Below, one piece after another: positions 51,596 to 63,969 of a DNA stretch of 64,000 nt (position 1 is its first letter; every line of letters begins with the position of its first letter). The stretch covers positions 558,001-622,000 of the forward strand of contig JAPETS010000008.1 in NCBI GenBank assembly GCA_026023565.1, given 5' to 3'. The stretch is from Cirrosporium novae-zelandiae. Its lineage: Eukaryota. A program made the position numbers and the translations under genes. The notes under the pieces are model-generated. The model was not told the DNA's origin and did no database searches. It saw nothing but the letters and a program-made list of their open reading frames with translations.

Positions 51596-54500
51596 ATGGA
51601 TATTCATCCTGGAAATTTACCAGCTCGACCTCTCCCGAACCGACGAGGCTTTGAAGCCCCTGATGGAGGGTTTGAACCCTCACCTCGAAAAACAATAACA
51701 GCTCCACCTTTTCCAAAGCCTACAAATAACTCGAATTCAGATGCACTGTTCCGTAATCCGTGGACTCCACAACCGGATGAGGCCTGCTATGGAGGTAGGC
51801 ATAGCGAGAACCGAAGTGTCTCACCATTCCATATTTTAGAAGAAGATAGAGGAGAATATGTGAATAGCTCTAAGGAGTTTGGGGGTGCTTCTGGGTTATC
51901 CCAGAGAGAATTTGAAGGCCGTTCAGATATTGGTGAGCCCTGCTATGGCTACTTAAAGTAAGTGACCTCTGTTCCATCTCTCGTTTGAGAATAAAGTGAT
52001 TTATATTGACCAACTTAGTCCTACTCTCTTCTTCAAGGCGACAGGATTGTCCCAACAACAGACAACATCCAAAGCAACCTTTCCAGAAATCGAAACGCCC
52101 AAATTCAGCGTAGAGAAAGGCGAAATTGGCCTCATGAACACATCACTAAAGAGTAAATTTACATATCCTCCTATGAGCTACGTACCTATGGCAAATCCTA
52201 TTCATCCAGTTTCGGGCGTGCCTTCTTCCGCCTTGCCAACATTTCAGATTCAACCACAGTCAGCCGACATTACCTTGATTAGAGTGAATAATTCGACCAA
52301 CTCTACCCCTCCACGAGAACACAAAGGGAATCTCTCTAACACCTCACCTTCTAATCGCCTCACAACTCCTAGAAGATCCATCCATCTTCTTTCACCTGTT
52401 CTTGAAGAAGCCTTACCTAATCCAAAACCTTCTGCAGAAAGGTCCTCGGCTTTTGCTCGCGTCAAATCACTCGCAAGTCGAAGGCACAAGCAGCAGGCGT
52501 CAGATATTTACGAAGATCAAGCCGATAAACTCATCACCGGTGCCTCACCTCACTTTTCTTCTCATGCCCTTATAAACTCTAGTTTACTTGAACACATCTT
52601 CACAATGGCAAACGAAGGTGACCAGCATGACACCACTATGGATAAAAAGTCGGGAACAAACTACAAGGGTGGTGATATGAAAGGGCAATTTGAATTGCCT
52701 CCAGAGTTTGTTCCTCGTGAAACCGGTTCTACTGATGATCAGAATGCTGTTTTTCACTTGACTCAGAAATTTCAGAACACTACAATTGAGCCAAAGAAAG
52801 CACCTGAAAATATTCCCTCCGGTTTTCCTTTGCCTCCAAAGGAACGGATGGCTCCAAATCCTTTAGCACCGGCCTTCCAACCGTCATATGTTCAAATCAG
52901 TAATGAGCCTTTTGGGGGCTTTGGTAGATTTGTGCCACCTTACTTCCCTGAGCCTAACTCTCATGCAAATAGAGGCAATCCTTTTTATCCTAACACTGGA
53001 GTGCATAACATGAATAGCCAGCCCTCAAATTTTGGGGATTCTTTCCCCCAGCAGATGACCAATGGGGTTTCATCCTTCTATAATCCTCAGGCTGGGTTTC
53101 CTCCTGCCATGGATTCATATGCCATGAATGACAACCAATTTTACGGATACGAGCAGCAAATTGGTAATTTTGGAGGTCCTGGTGGACAAATGCAGCACCC
53201 AATTGCACAGAACAAAGCAGCTCCACGAAACATCACAGCAACTGCCTTGGGCTCTCCTGTTTTGCGTTCTAGTAATATGTTGCCAAATAGTCATAACTCG
53301 ATGTATATGCCTTTTGGAGTACCCACTACTCAACATGCAATTACGCAACCACAAAATCCTTACATAGGTAACTTAGCAAGAGGGAAACATGGCCATCTAC
53401 AGCGGAATACCCAGATTATTTCATATGAAAACGGCTCAAAGCAAGTCATCTCGAAGCCTTTACAGCCTATCCAGCCACTCACCTCTCAACCTTATGGACC
53501 AACTTCTAATTCTATGTTCCCTGCTACATTCATGGGCGCATCGGTCCAATTCCAACAGTTGCAACAGTGTATCGAGAATGGTTTGCCAAACATTCAACTG
53601 GCATTAAGCAATGAATTCTTTCCTTTTTCCGAAACGGCGAAGAATCGTGGTCCAGACACTTGGGGAGTTGTTAAAATATCAAACGTAACCGAGCACTGTT
53701 CTTGTTCTTCGCCTTCCAAACCTGATGCTAACCAGAGTTTTAATTTAGATTCCCTATACCGTGACTAAACAGGAAATTCTTGCTTTCCTTGGTCGTAACG
53801 CTAAGATCATTACTCCGAATGTTGGTTGCCCAATCCATATTATCATGGAGCGAAACACGGCCAAGACCATGGACTGTTATGTTGAGTTTTTCTCCCATGG
53901 AGATGCTCAATCCTCATACAACAGATTCTGCCGTCAAAAAGACGATGGTCGCCATCCCCGCCTTGGTATGCGACACGTAGAAATGGAAATGAGCGACCAG
54001 GCAGCCTTGATGTGTGCGTTATTCCCTCGCGCGAAGAATGTTGACTGGCAAGGTGGTGAGCCACAAATCTCTCATTCAATCGGGCCGTACAACTCTGGAT
54101 TCAAAGGATATGTGACAAATGAGGAGTTGGTCATGGTTCTCAAACATGCGGAATCTCCCCACAAGGTCTGTCTAACACGAATGTTCCTCTTCTTCACGTG
54201 TCTCGTTGTCTAACGTGCCCGTAGAGTGGCATTAGTGTAAGCAAGTATGGATCTGGAGAGCGATGCCCACAACGCACCTATGAGTGTATGATCAGCACTT
54301 TGTATAAGGTATTCCAACACCCCGGGTTCTCGCCGACAACTCTAATAATAGAATTTAGTTTCCTTGGTGGCGTACAGAAACCTATACCTTCGATGATCGT
54401 GAACGCATGTTCAGAACACTCGTCGGCCAGATTAAAGCACTCATTGTGCAGATGAATCGAAAAGACGTGGATCACAATCTCAATGACAGGCTCTTGAAAG

Positions 54501-55070
54501 AATTGGTATACGCAGGACTTAATGCTTCCGGTTTTAGTGAGCAGCAGCGATTTCTAATCGTTGATACTGCCTTGCCTTACTCTCAAGATGTTCGAGTCTC
54601 ACCATTTTTGGCTTACTGGCCATTCGAAACTGTGGGTAGAAAGGCGGACATGGAAGAAGATATCATTGCGGTAAGTTGAATTTAACAGTAGCAAGACGAC
54701 ATGACAAGTATCCGGTTACCCCTTTTCAGCATAAGACCTCTCTTTTTACTGGGAGCCACCCCCATGCTTCATCCAGAAGCTTAATAAAACCATTAAACAA
54801 TACCATGTGCTGATTCTTCATTTTTAACAGTACTATGCCAATTTACTTCGAATGGCCACTACTACCCCAGCAGCAGTAGCTCTGGCAAAGGTTTATGACC
54901 CTAGCGCTTCTGATATCCCATATTCTCCGTTTGGTAATGTCGTCATCCCATATCCCGGTCCTAAGGACACGTTAACTATGGCGGAAGTAGCAAATGTGGA
55001 AATAGCTACTTTGCATCGCTACGTTAGTAGAGTTCTTGGAGGGGGGGACATGCCTGCCGAGAAATCCTGA
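51596..55070 (+). CDS. Fungal RRM-like RNA-binding protein with long low-complexity N-terminal region, ~1009 aa
   Basis: Exons 51596-51932, 52045-53684, 53749-54165, 54225-54308, 54359-54670 and 54831-55070 (3030 nt, in frame). RRM-like WGVVKISNIPYTVTKQEILAFLG..IHIIMERNTAKTMDCYVEF, followed by a globular-looking C-terminal region (CPQRTYECMISTLYKFPWW). Start is uncertain. Confidence 0.75.
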
Positions 55071-55633
55071 ACAAATTCATTTCATGAAAGCGCTATATGG
55101 ACAACGTCCCAGTATGAGCTAACAGGTTCTCTGCAAGCGATAAGTGTTTCGATAAGAATTTCGAGTTTGCTTTACTGGAAAGAAATCGTGATTTGGATCT
55201 TTATAATTAAAAGCCTCTATTGCGTCCTTTGACGATTGGTACAGAAGGTTTTCCGTTGGTTCAATCTTTTCCTTGTGGTGCTTTTTCGGATATATTCGAA
55301 AAGACAGTCTTGGCTAGCCTTTCGGATACCAACTTGTACATACCTTTCACTTGTTATATGATAACTCGAAGATAGCGTAGCACTCAATAAGTACTTGTGC
55401 AAAACCCCCCCGAGGCTACAAATTTCGGATATTTGTTTGATTCGTAGTGGTTTTAGACCCTTATTTGTCCCGGGATATCGAAACTCGGAACCTTTTCGGA
55501 GGGTTTAAACATCCAAAGCCTTTCTAATAATCACTACATAAACCACCAAGGTACCCTCTATATCCATACAATTTCCTGTATCATCTTATATTTTTTCCCC
55601 TTCGAATCAATTCAAGATATTTAACTAGCAACA

Positions 55634-56527
55634 ATGGCGAATTTTTCAGACATCAACAAAGAGCACTGGGAGTAAGTTCTACTGACGATTCCACCCAATT
55701 TTCGAAGCTAACATCCAAGTTCAGCAATTTGGCCAGTCGCTATTTGGAAAAGGACTGGACGAAAGTCATGATCAACCAAGCTGCCGACTTCATGCACAGT
55801 AAAGTTGAATGGATGGGACTGCATCAGTTGGATGATGCCGAACTGCAGAGTAGAAACGGCCCAAGCTTGTTAGACTATGCATGCGGGCCTGGGTCGGTAT
55901 CCAAAGTGAGCATTATTCCATTTCTTATAATTGTTTTACGAGAATTAGAGCTAACGTATCTATTCAAGGCACTCTGGCCTTACTTTAGCAAGATCCGTGG
56001 TATCGATCTTTCTCCGAATATGGCAAAGGTAATATATCTCTGATATTGATAAATAGCAAAAGGCTAACCGTGGCTAGGAGTTCAATAAATGGGTCTCCAG
56101 TCAGCCTGATCTGGGACCACGCTCAGCGAATGCGATTTCAGGAGATCTCCTACTCGCAGAGGGTCCATCTGAATCTACCAGGGGTCCAGAATACGAGAAT
56201 TTCGATGTTGCAATAGTTAGCTTTGCATTCCATCATTTCGAGCACCCAGACGTTGCAGCTCGCAGGCTCGTCGACAGACTTAAAGTTGGAGGCACCTTCG
56301 TAATCATTGATCTCCTGCCACATGAGCATGGTATTGCTCATGGGCACTCAACGCATACGATAGCCCACAATGGCTTCTCGAATGAAAAGACCAAAGAGAT
56401 ACTTGAAGGAGCTGGATGTACTGATGTTGATATTGTGATTATGGATGGTACAGCTAAGATCTTCGTTGCGGACAATGCTGAACCCTTCGAGGCGAAAGTA
56501 TTCATGGCGAAAGGGAGGAAAGCTTAG
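55634..56527 (+). CDS. Class I SAM-dependent methyltransferase, ~242 aa
   Basis: Exons 55634-55671, 55725-55905, 55969-56028 and 56078-56527. Motif I LLDYACGPG; GIDLSPNM; FDVAIVSLAFHH; LKVGGTFVIID. Confidence 0.9.
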
Positions 56528-56564
56528 GTTGTATTAGGTTGTCCAAGTTTGTCTTAGATATTAC

Positions 56565-57606
56565 CTATGCAATGGTCATTTTATTCTCTAAATCTTCATG
56601 GTCCCTGCACCCAGAAGGTTGATATCCTGTATCTACTTGTTCCGGCTGATCCTCAGACTTCGAATCGTTATGCTTGATTCTCATTTCTTCTTTCCGACGA
56701 AGACCTTCCTCGCGCTTACGGGCACGCCTGGTTTCAGGATCTTCCCTATCCGGCTTCTTTGGTGTGATCGCAGCTAGCAGATTAGTCCGAAACCGCTCTA
56801 TTCTCTGAGAGTTGGCCTTGAAGCGCTCATTGCCAATGTTGATAAGCATTTGGATGTATTCCTCAGTTACAAAACTGTACAAATTCTCCTGCTCATCCTC
56901 TGTTACTGCATATCCTATAATAGATTCCAGAGTAAGGCCGTTGGTACGAATTGCTACCATGGGACACGCTTTAGGGTCATCAAGGTTCCGGAGACTTTGT
57001 ACGCCACTCTCTCTGAAACCAGAGTTGACTGCTGCAGAAAGGACGGGCTGCGCATGTTTCAAGGAAGCAGCCATGATATGCAGTATCTGAAAACTTAGTA
57101 GGCATTGTGAAATTTTCAGTAAATGGAACACTTACAAACGGTTCAAATTGTAGTCGTATCAGCCGTAGTCCCTCCGTTGATGTTATACAAGATTTTGTCT
57201 CGTCCATCCGAAGGCCAAATAATGACGAAATATTCGGTTCTCTCGAAATGACAATTGGGTCATGTGTGACAAACAGCCATCGACCCCCTCCTTTCCCACC
57301 CGCAGCCACCTTGGTGGTGGTGGTAGATGGCCTAGTTGCATAATTTTCAGGATCCTTTCTCAAGGATTCCAACACGTCGTAATCTAAGACATGATGCTGA
57401 CTACCCTCAAGAAATACACTTATTCTTCCAGAGCAGCTGCTAGTAGTCACTATTCCATCAATATCATTAATCTCTTGAATCAATTCTCGGATTGGCTTAT
57501 CCACCGAACCCTTGGGCGATAAATCTGTATATTCCGTGTCTGGGACAGCAAGCTTTTGAAGGATTTCCTTCTTCTTGTTCACGAAGCCAGAGATGTCGGG
57601 TGACAT
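56565..57606 (-). CDS. tyw3: tRNA wybutosine-synthesizing protein 3 (methyltransferase), ~330 aa
   Basis: Exons 57606-57136 and 57086-56565. Motifs DLSPKGSVD, TTSSCSGRISVF, WLFVTHD, FEPFILH and GFRESG. Confidence 0.95.
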
Positions 57607-57909
57607 TGCAAAGATTGTTGTACAACGTCTTTGTGCTCCCTTGTTCCCAAAATAGGTTTGATAATTTTTGCTGTTAGGTGCCTGGGGAGTGATAAAAGAT
57701 TCTCAGGAGAATGATGTCACCACGTGTATCATCAAAAGCTAGGGTTTAACCTTAATAATAACGTGCCAAACGCCCTTCATCTTAATGCCAGCCTATTCTG
57801 GAAAGCGCATTAAGTTAAGGCCCTTGAGAGATTAACGTCACTGTTATACTTCTTCGGCTTCAAATATATAAACTCATAGACTTGATATTTGGATAATCAG
57901 GATCTGCAA

Positions 57910-59819
57910 ATGCCCATACGCGGAACCTTCTCCATACAGAACTCAGGAATATCTAACACGATGACACGCAGCTCAAGACGCGTCAGTTCCGCGTCAAAGA
58001 AAAGGGGACAACCTTCCAGCACAAGTACTCCACAAAGACAATCAAAGCGACTTCGGGCATCAGACAGAACCACTAAATCATCAACAAACTCTTTTACAAA
58101 AAGCAAGTATTTCGAAGATAATAACTCTCAAAGCTCAGATAAAGAGTCCAAGGTTGAAGATGAGGACGAAGAATCAGGGTACGAAGAAGCAGGAGGTGCA
58201 GGCTCCCCTCCGCAGTCAGAATCTTCTGATGCGAATGATGAGGATACCGAGGAGGAAGTCAAAGCAGAGAAAAAACGACACAGAAATAGCAAAAGCAAAA
58301 GTACACCCCAACAGACTTCCAAGGGTCGTGAATTGTGGCGAACTGGAGTAAAAACGGGACTGGGCCCTGGAAAAGAAGTATTCATAAAATTGCCCAAGGC
58401 AAGGTCTCCGGGGAAAGTATTATATAAGGATAACATGATCCATCCAAATACCATGCTGTTTCTAGGAGAGCTTGGGGACAACAATGAAAGGGAATGGTTC
58501 AAGAGTATGCCTAATAAATATTGAATATTCTTGTTTACCGTCCATAAGAAGCTAATGACTATTATCAGTGCATGACCCGGATTATCGAGAGTCAAAAAAG
58601 GACTTCGACTCCTTTGTGGAATGTCTGACAGAGAAAGTCATCGAGAAAGACGAGACCATCCCAGAGTTGCCACCAAAAGACATTGTAAGTTATCATTACA
58701 GCCTTATCTATCCATCAATTAATATCATTGACCTCCTTGTCAAGTTAGAACGAGAAGCTAACTTCTTGACAGACATTTCGAATATATAGGGATATTCGCT
58801 TTAGTTCAGATCCAACACCATACAAGGTATTTTATCATACTACTATCTATTCACTCGATGACTAATGGTCTAATCCACCTCAGCCATATTTCTCCGCGGC
58901 GTGGTATGATATCCTTAGCTTCTTTACTATGTACTGATTATCCATGTTAACAATACTCAAAAAGGTCACGAACAGGAAGGAAGGGTCCTTATGCTGCATA
59001 TTATGTGCAAATAGCGCCGGGGAAGTGCTTTGTGGGTACGTTATCAACTCTGGTATACCGTTATTTCAAATTATCTTTAGGTACTGACTGAATTCGATTT
59101 TAGGTGGAGGATTATGGATGCCTGAAGCTCAGTCCCTTGATGCACTACGCAGCGATATTGACCGGAAGCCACACAAAATAAAACGTGTTTTAACAGATGC
59201 TGGCATCCGCAAGGAGTTTTTCAGTGACATTCCAAACGACGAAAATAAGGCCGTCAAGGCCTTCATTAGTCAAAATACAGAGAATGCCTTGAAAACCAAG
59301 CCTAGGGTAGCAGCCCTGTCCCATGTCAATAATTGTGATTTATGCTTACTGAGACATGTAGGGGTTTGAGATAACCCATCCGAACATTGAGCTTTTAAGA
59401 CTGAGGAATTATACGCTCGGGAAGAAACTTAGTGACAGCGAAGTAATCGGTCCAAAAGGCCTCGATCGCATTGCAGAGATTGTTGGAGTGATGGTCCCTT
59501 TCGTGAGTCACTTTGCTTGGTTCGAGTTGCACATGCCCCTTTTGTTTTCCTTGTTCTTTACTTTCGTTCTCATATTACATGGAAGCACAAGTGATTATGG
59601 TCTCTGCAATGTGATGAGAGTCGTATTCACCAATACATGACAGTCATTTCCCTTTCTCGGCTCTGGATATTGAGTAGACCGTGTATTGGCATCTTTTGAA
59701 AATAGAAGAAACACTAATCCAGGATACTGCAGATTACATATCTAAATAGTGTTGTTAGGCCAGACGGAGAGCCTAGCAGCGATGAAGAGGAGACAGACGA
59801 AGAAGACAACGCAAATTAA
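57910..59819 (+). CDS. DUF2461 (TIGR02453-like) domain protein with basic/acidic N-terminal extension, ~428 aa
   Basis: Exons 57910-58504, 58569-58684, 58773-58826, 58884-58903, 58965-59035, 59104-59306, 59362-59502 and 59733-59819. Motifs FLGELGDNNEREWF, FRIYRDIRFSSDPTPYK, GGGLWMP and HPNIELLRL. Alternative ATG at 57961. Confidence 0.88.
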
Positions 59820-60292
59820 GTCAAGGATGTACGGTGAATATCATGGGCTTTTCCTTCCGGCTTTCCATGTCCATGGTGTAGATGAAGAATAGGTGTGGGA
59901 TAAACCTCGTTTTCAACCTGAAACTTGCCTGAGCGGGATGACGTCCGTTGTATCACAATGTTTGTTCAAGAGGGCAAAATGGGCAATGTATGGAAACACA
60001 TGTTTTCTGGATATATGCCGCAAGATTTATGACTATTCAAGGAGATTTGCATTGTTCCCGAAATCCGCAGTATGCGAAAGTAAAAAGCTCGTTATGTAGG
60101 TATATACCGTGGAATATGTTGTTCCATAATGAGACACATCCCAGACAATATGTCACTGTCCAAGCTCCTGGAACCTTTTGCCCTGCAACCGAGAGCAAGG
60201 CGCAATGGGCCGTCTTGTTTCCATGCAGCTCGGTTTCAAACGAGATATTGCTGATTAAATTCCGACACGGGAAGGCGTATGTCCGAGCGCTT

Positions 60293-60331
60293 GATGGTGG
60301 TGGTGGTGGTGGTGGTGATGATGATGATGAT
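60293..60331. repeat. Compound (GGT)7(GAT)5 microsatellite
   Basis: Direct reading; generates spurious poly-His, poly-Gly/Asp and poly-Pro ORFs. Confidence 0.9.
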
Positions 60332-63300
60332 GGCCGACGTTGTTGAGGGATATACACTGTATGGTTGGTTGTGGGTATTGGTTGACAACGAAGATGCATG
60401 AATGCCCGAATTTCATTGTCTTTGAAGCCCTGAAGTCTTGAGGGCTGGCTGAGTTGGATGTGTTGGATGTGCTGGCAACAGTGCGGTGTGATTGTTCGCA
60501 GGCGACAGCCCCAATGGCCAAGCTGGACGACGGCGATATTCGCAAAATGGGTGTGAAATCCTATGCCGCTTTAGTCATTTAGGGCGCTGGGGCTTCGGGA
60601 TGGTGCAGGAGCCCGCATGACTATTCAGTCACATGAGAGCGGAGAGCTGCAGGTCGAAGCCAGTTAAATCCGTCAAGGCAATCTACCCCTCAGCATGGCT
60701 GCATTATTATTACTGCATCTACGGAAGTAGTTCCAACAATCCCAGCAAATCCCAGTAAGTCCCAGCAAGTCCCAGTAGTTTAAGAAAAAAGACAAAATTG
60801 TTGTTCGACAGGGTGTATGAATAATAATGAATTATGATCAACAGCCCTCTGTCTATTCACACCCATAGCTTATTCAATCTCTCATAATAATTTTAAAAAC
60901 CATCCAGTTAAACCTCTGATTGCTTGTTCGGCGACTCCGACATAGAAGGTAAGTGTACATTGCAGCATTTAGCAGTTTGAGGAGGATACTTTTGATGTTT
61001 TGATTGCTGCAGTTAGCCTCAAGTTCCTCCTACCCTCAGACCACCTTTTTTTTTTTTTTTTGCACAACTAAGTAGGACGTCTATCAACTTTCCAACGGAC
61101 TCCGGTCCGAAACCCATATTATGCCGGTCAAGCCTATCATCATTCAAAGTCTCAGAGCCACGTGTAAAGTGAGAAACAGCCTAAAAAAATAACAATAATA
61201 CCTGACTTTAAATTTCTCCCTTAGCCAGATTTAATTTGACAGTTGTACGAGAAATAAATCAGAAACAATCAAAAAATACGAAAGCTCAATACATTTCCCT
61301 AGGAGCTTTTTTTCAAGTTCCCAACGCCGATGAACGATAGACGAGAGATCCTGCGATCGCCTTCGGGTAGCCACGGAGCGGGCCGATTTCCATGCTGCAT
61401 GTTTTACATCTTTTTTTGCCCATGATAGTCCACGGATGCTATGTAAATAGCTCGACCTCCGAGCACAAGCGCTGACTTGGAGGAAGGAAATCAAGAATTT
61501 GTTGAAATTGCTGAAATTACTGAAATTGTTGAAACTGAAATAGTCACTCTCCACAGGTTGGAGAGGGTTTCTAGAGAAGTTTCTAGGCGCTCAGGCGCTG
61601 TGCTCGTCGGTGTCGCCACAGAGTATAAACAAGTAGACTAACCCTAATTGGGTAAACGGCGATTAGGCCCTAATCCTCAAAGCACGGGAGAGATCCGTCA
61701 AGCCCTAGAGTAGCCTCCAAGCATGGTTTGTCGTCCCCCCGGGCCTTTTCTTTTAATATTCTTAAAATTGTCCAGTAGCAACTACCAACAACTAACTAAT
61801 TAACTGATTGCTCAAGAATTCATGGAGTACAAGTACCATAGTACATGCACTCTCGGCAGCTACTTGCATATTTGCATTCAACCTCGGTTCCAAATCGTCC
61901 ATCAGTCTCTCCTTGCCGTAAGAAATATGCAAGGACTGAAAAAAAGTCAAGAGCTACTAATGTTCAAGCGGTGAGATGCGATGCTGTCAACACGACGATG
62001 CTTCAAGACATAGTTCCTGTTGTGTTTCACCCACGCATGTAATCTTGAAAGCATCCTCTATTATATTTCGGCTATCGCTCCAGAATTGGAAGGACCCAAC
62101 TCTAGTTTGCTACTTCTTTCGTATGCCAACAACGTCGACCGGTGTAAATGGATGCCAGTAGAGGATGACGATCTTATGTCATAGGCCCCGCTGCGCCCTC
62201 TCACCAAGCAGATAACTTGATAAACTGTAGCTTTAACTTGAGCCTATCGCTTCGCTCATGGCCCAAAATCACAAGACTCTTATTTTTTTTCTTATGGGAC
62301 CTGCCTGGTAAAGTAATTTTCGCGATCTAAAACAGGATCTCTCTTTTTTTTTTTTTGTGGTCAGCGTGACGTCGGCTATCAAGATAGGACAGGATACGCA
62401 GAAAAGCGAGAAACATACATTCTCCGGTGAAGCCCAAAGGACTTCTCGGTAGAATGTATGGGGAGAACTCGTATCCGTACGGCTGATACAAATGATACAG
62501 GTTCACAAGCGCCGGATATGCAGGCTATCCGGAACCCTCAAGCTGATGAAGGAGGGGGATAGGAAGAAGGGGAGGGGGGGAGGGGGGTTAGAAATATACA
62601 ATCTCATCTGGGGTTCCGTAGCACGCGACTTTAGAGGTCCAGGGAGCTGGGAACGCTTCTTGCTTGGCTAATCTTCCCCTAAGTACGGTACAAGTACTGT
62701 AGGGACCTACGGTGGCCGTCTATGCGGCCGTTGACGACTTTACTTATTTCATCATTAACTATAGTCTACAGTGTCTTGATGACCTTTGACGGTGTCCCAA
62801 ATCATGCCCTGTTGCATTATTACATACAACCAACCTGTTTCAGAACATGTCTCTGATGGCACAGGCGAAATATGTGACTGGTCTGTTTCGATATCCATTT
62901 TTTATTTTGATTTTGGATTTCTGAGAAAGCTAGATTTGAATACTTGTCATATTCAGCAACTGGTCAGATCGTCATTTTAGCTAGACAAGGAAGTTCCTTG
63001 CATTACTGCCAAGCGGTAAAGCGGGGTTCAGACAATTTACTTGCCAGACAGAATTCAATTCAGGAGTTGAGAGCAAAGTTGGCTGGTGACCAGCAGTTGG
63101 GGCAAAAGTATGCAATATCAGCAATGGGGCATCACTGGCAACATGCAATCTTTCAAAAAAACTCTTTAGGCGAGGATGTGCGCTAATAGATCTCATTGGC
63201 ACGTTTTTAGCATCTATTCAGAAGACTATTTTGACAGACCTCTTGCTAACTAACATGGCGTTATTAATGAGATAGTTGTCCCCTCCAATGGTAAATGGTG

Positions 63301-63433
63301 AGGCCAACGACGGATGAGTGGTGGTGGGGTGAGGACTGATGGGTAATTATTACGACTATGACGGAGTCATAGTGTCGTCGTTTTTCCTGATTTTGGAATT
63401 GATTTCAGCTAATTGACATGAAAGAAATTAATA

Positions 63434-63511
63434 CAGTCACGATAGTCACGATAGTCACGATACTGCGGTATAGTTACGATAGTTACGATAGTTACAAATA
63501 GTCTCATAGTT
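63434..63511. repeat. 9-bp tandem repeat (GATAGTCAC/GATAGTTAC)
   Basis: Several imperfect units read directly. Confidence 0.8.
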
Positions 63512-63899
63512 CTAAGTGCGTAGTACATTTAGACGCCAGGCCGCTGAGGGTAAGCGAGTGGGTTCTTTTTCGTGATCCATTTTTAATTTTTTTCCCTTCT
63601 TTTGCTTCTTCTTCTTCTTATTCTTCTTCGGGGGTTCGCGCTTTTTGGTTATGATGTGCTCTTTCGCTATTGTTTAATTAATTAATAAATCTAACTTAGT
63701 ATCTTGATCAACCTCGGGTCAAACGATGGCCTTACTTGTTCCGGATTGCGATTTGCACAAGGTCAAGAAATTCAAACCATTCAGAGGCACGAAAGAATGT
63801 ACTAAGGAGACCGGTCTCTACGTCACGAGGGGCTGATTATCATGTTCAATGCTTGTTCTTGACTTATGCCCCGAAGCCCGGTAACTTGGCAAGCATCTG

Positions 63900-63969
63900 A
63901 GTCAAGGTAGCCAAAGTAGTCAAGACAGTCAAGGTAGTCAAGTGAGTCAAGCGTGTCAAGGTAAGTCAA
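63900..63969. repeat. Degenerate 9-bp tandem repeat with GTCAAG core
   Basis: gtcaaggta gccaaagta gtcaagaca gtcaaggta gtcaagtga gtcaagcgt gtcaaggta agtcaa. Confidence 0.8.

Noticed and set aside
59611..59672. SECIS or hammerhead interpretation of the intronic stem
   Set aside because: The UGA/GA quartet is out of register, ascomycetes lack selenocysteine machinery, and the hammerhead CUGANGA..GAAA core is not matched.
60255..60545. Poly-His ORF suggesting a metal-binding peptide
   Set aside because: TTG start; the His run comes from a (GGT)n(GAT)n microsatellite; the rest has no protein-like features.
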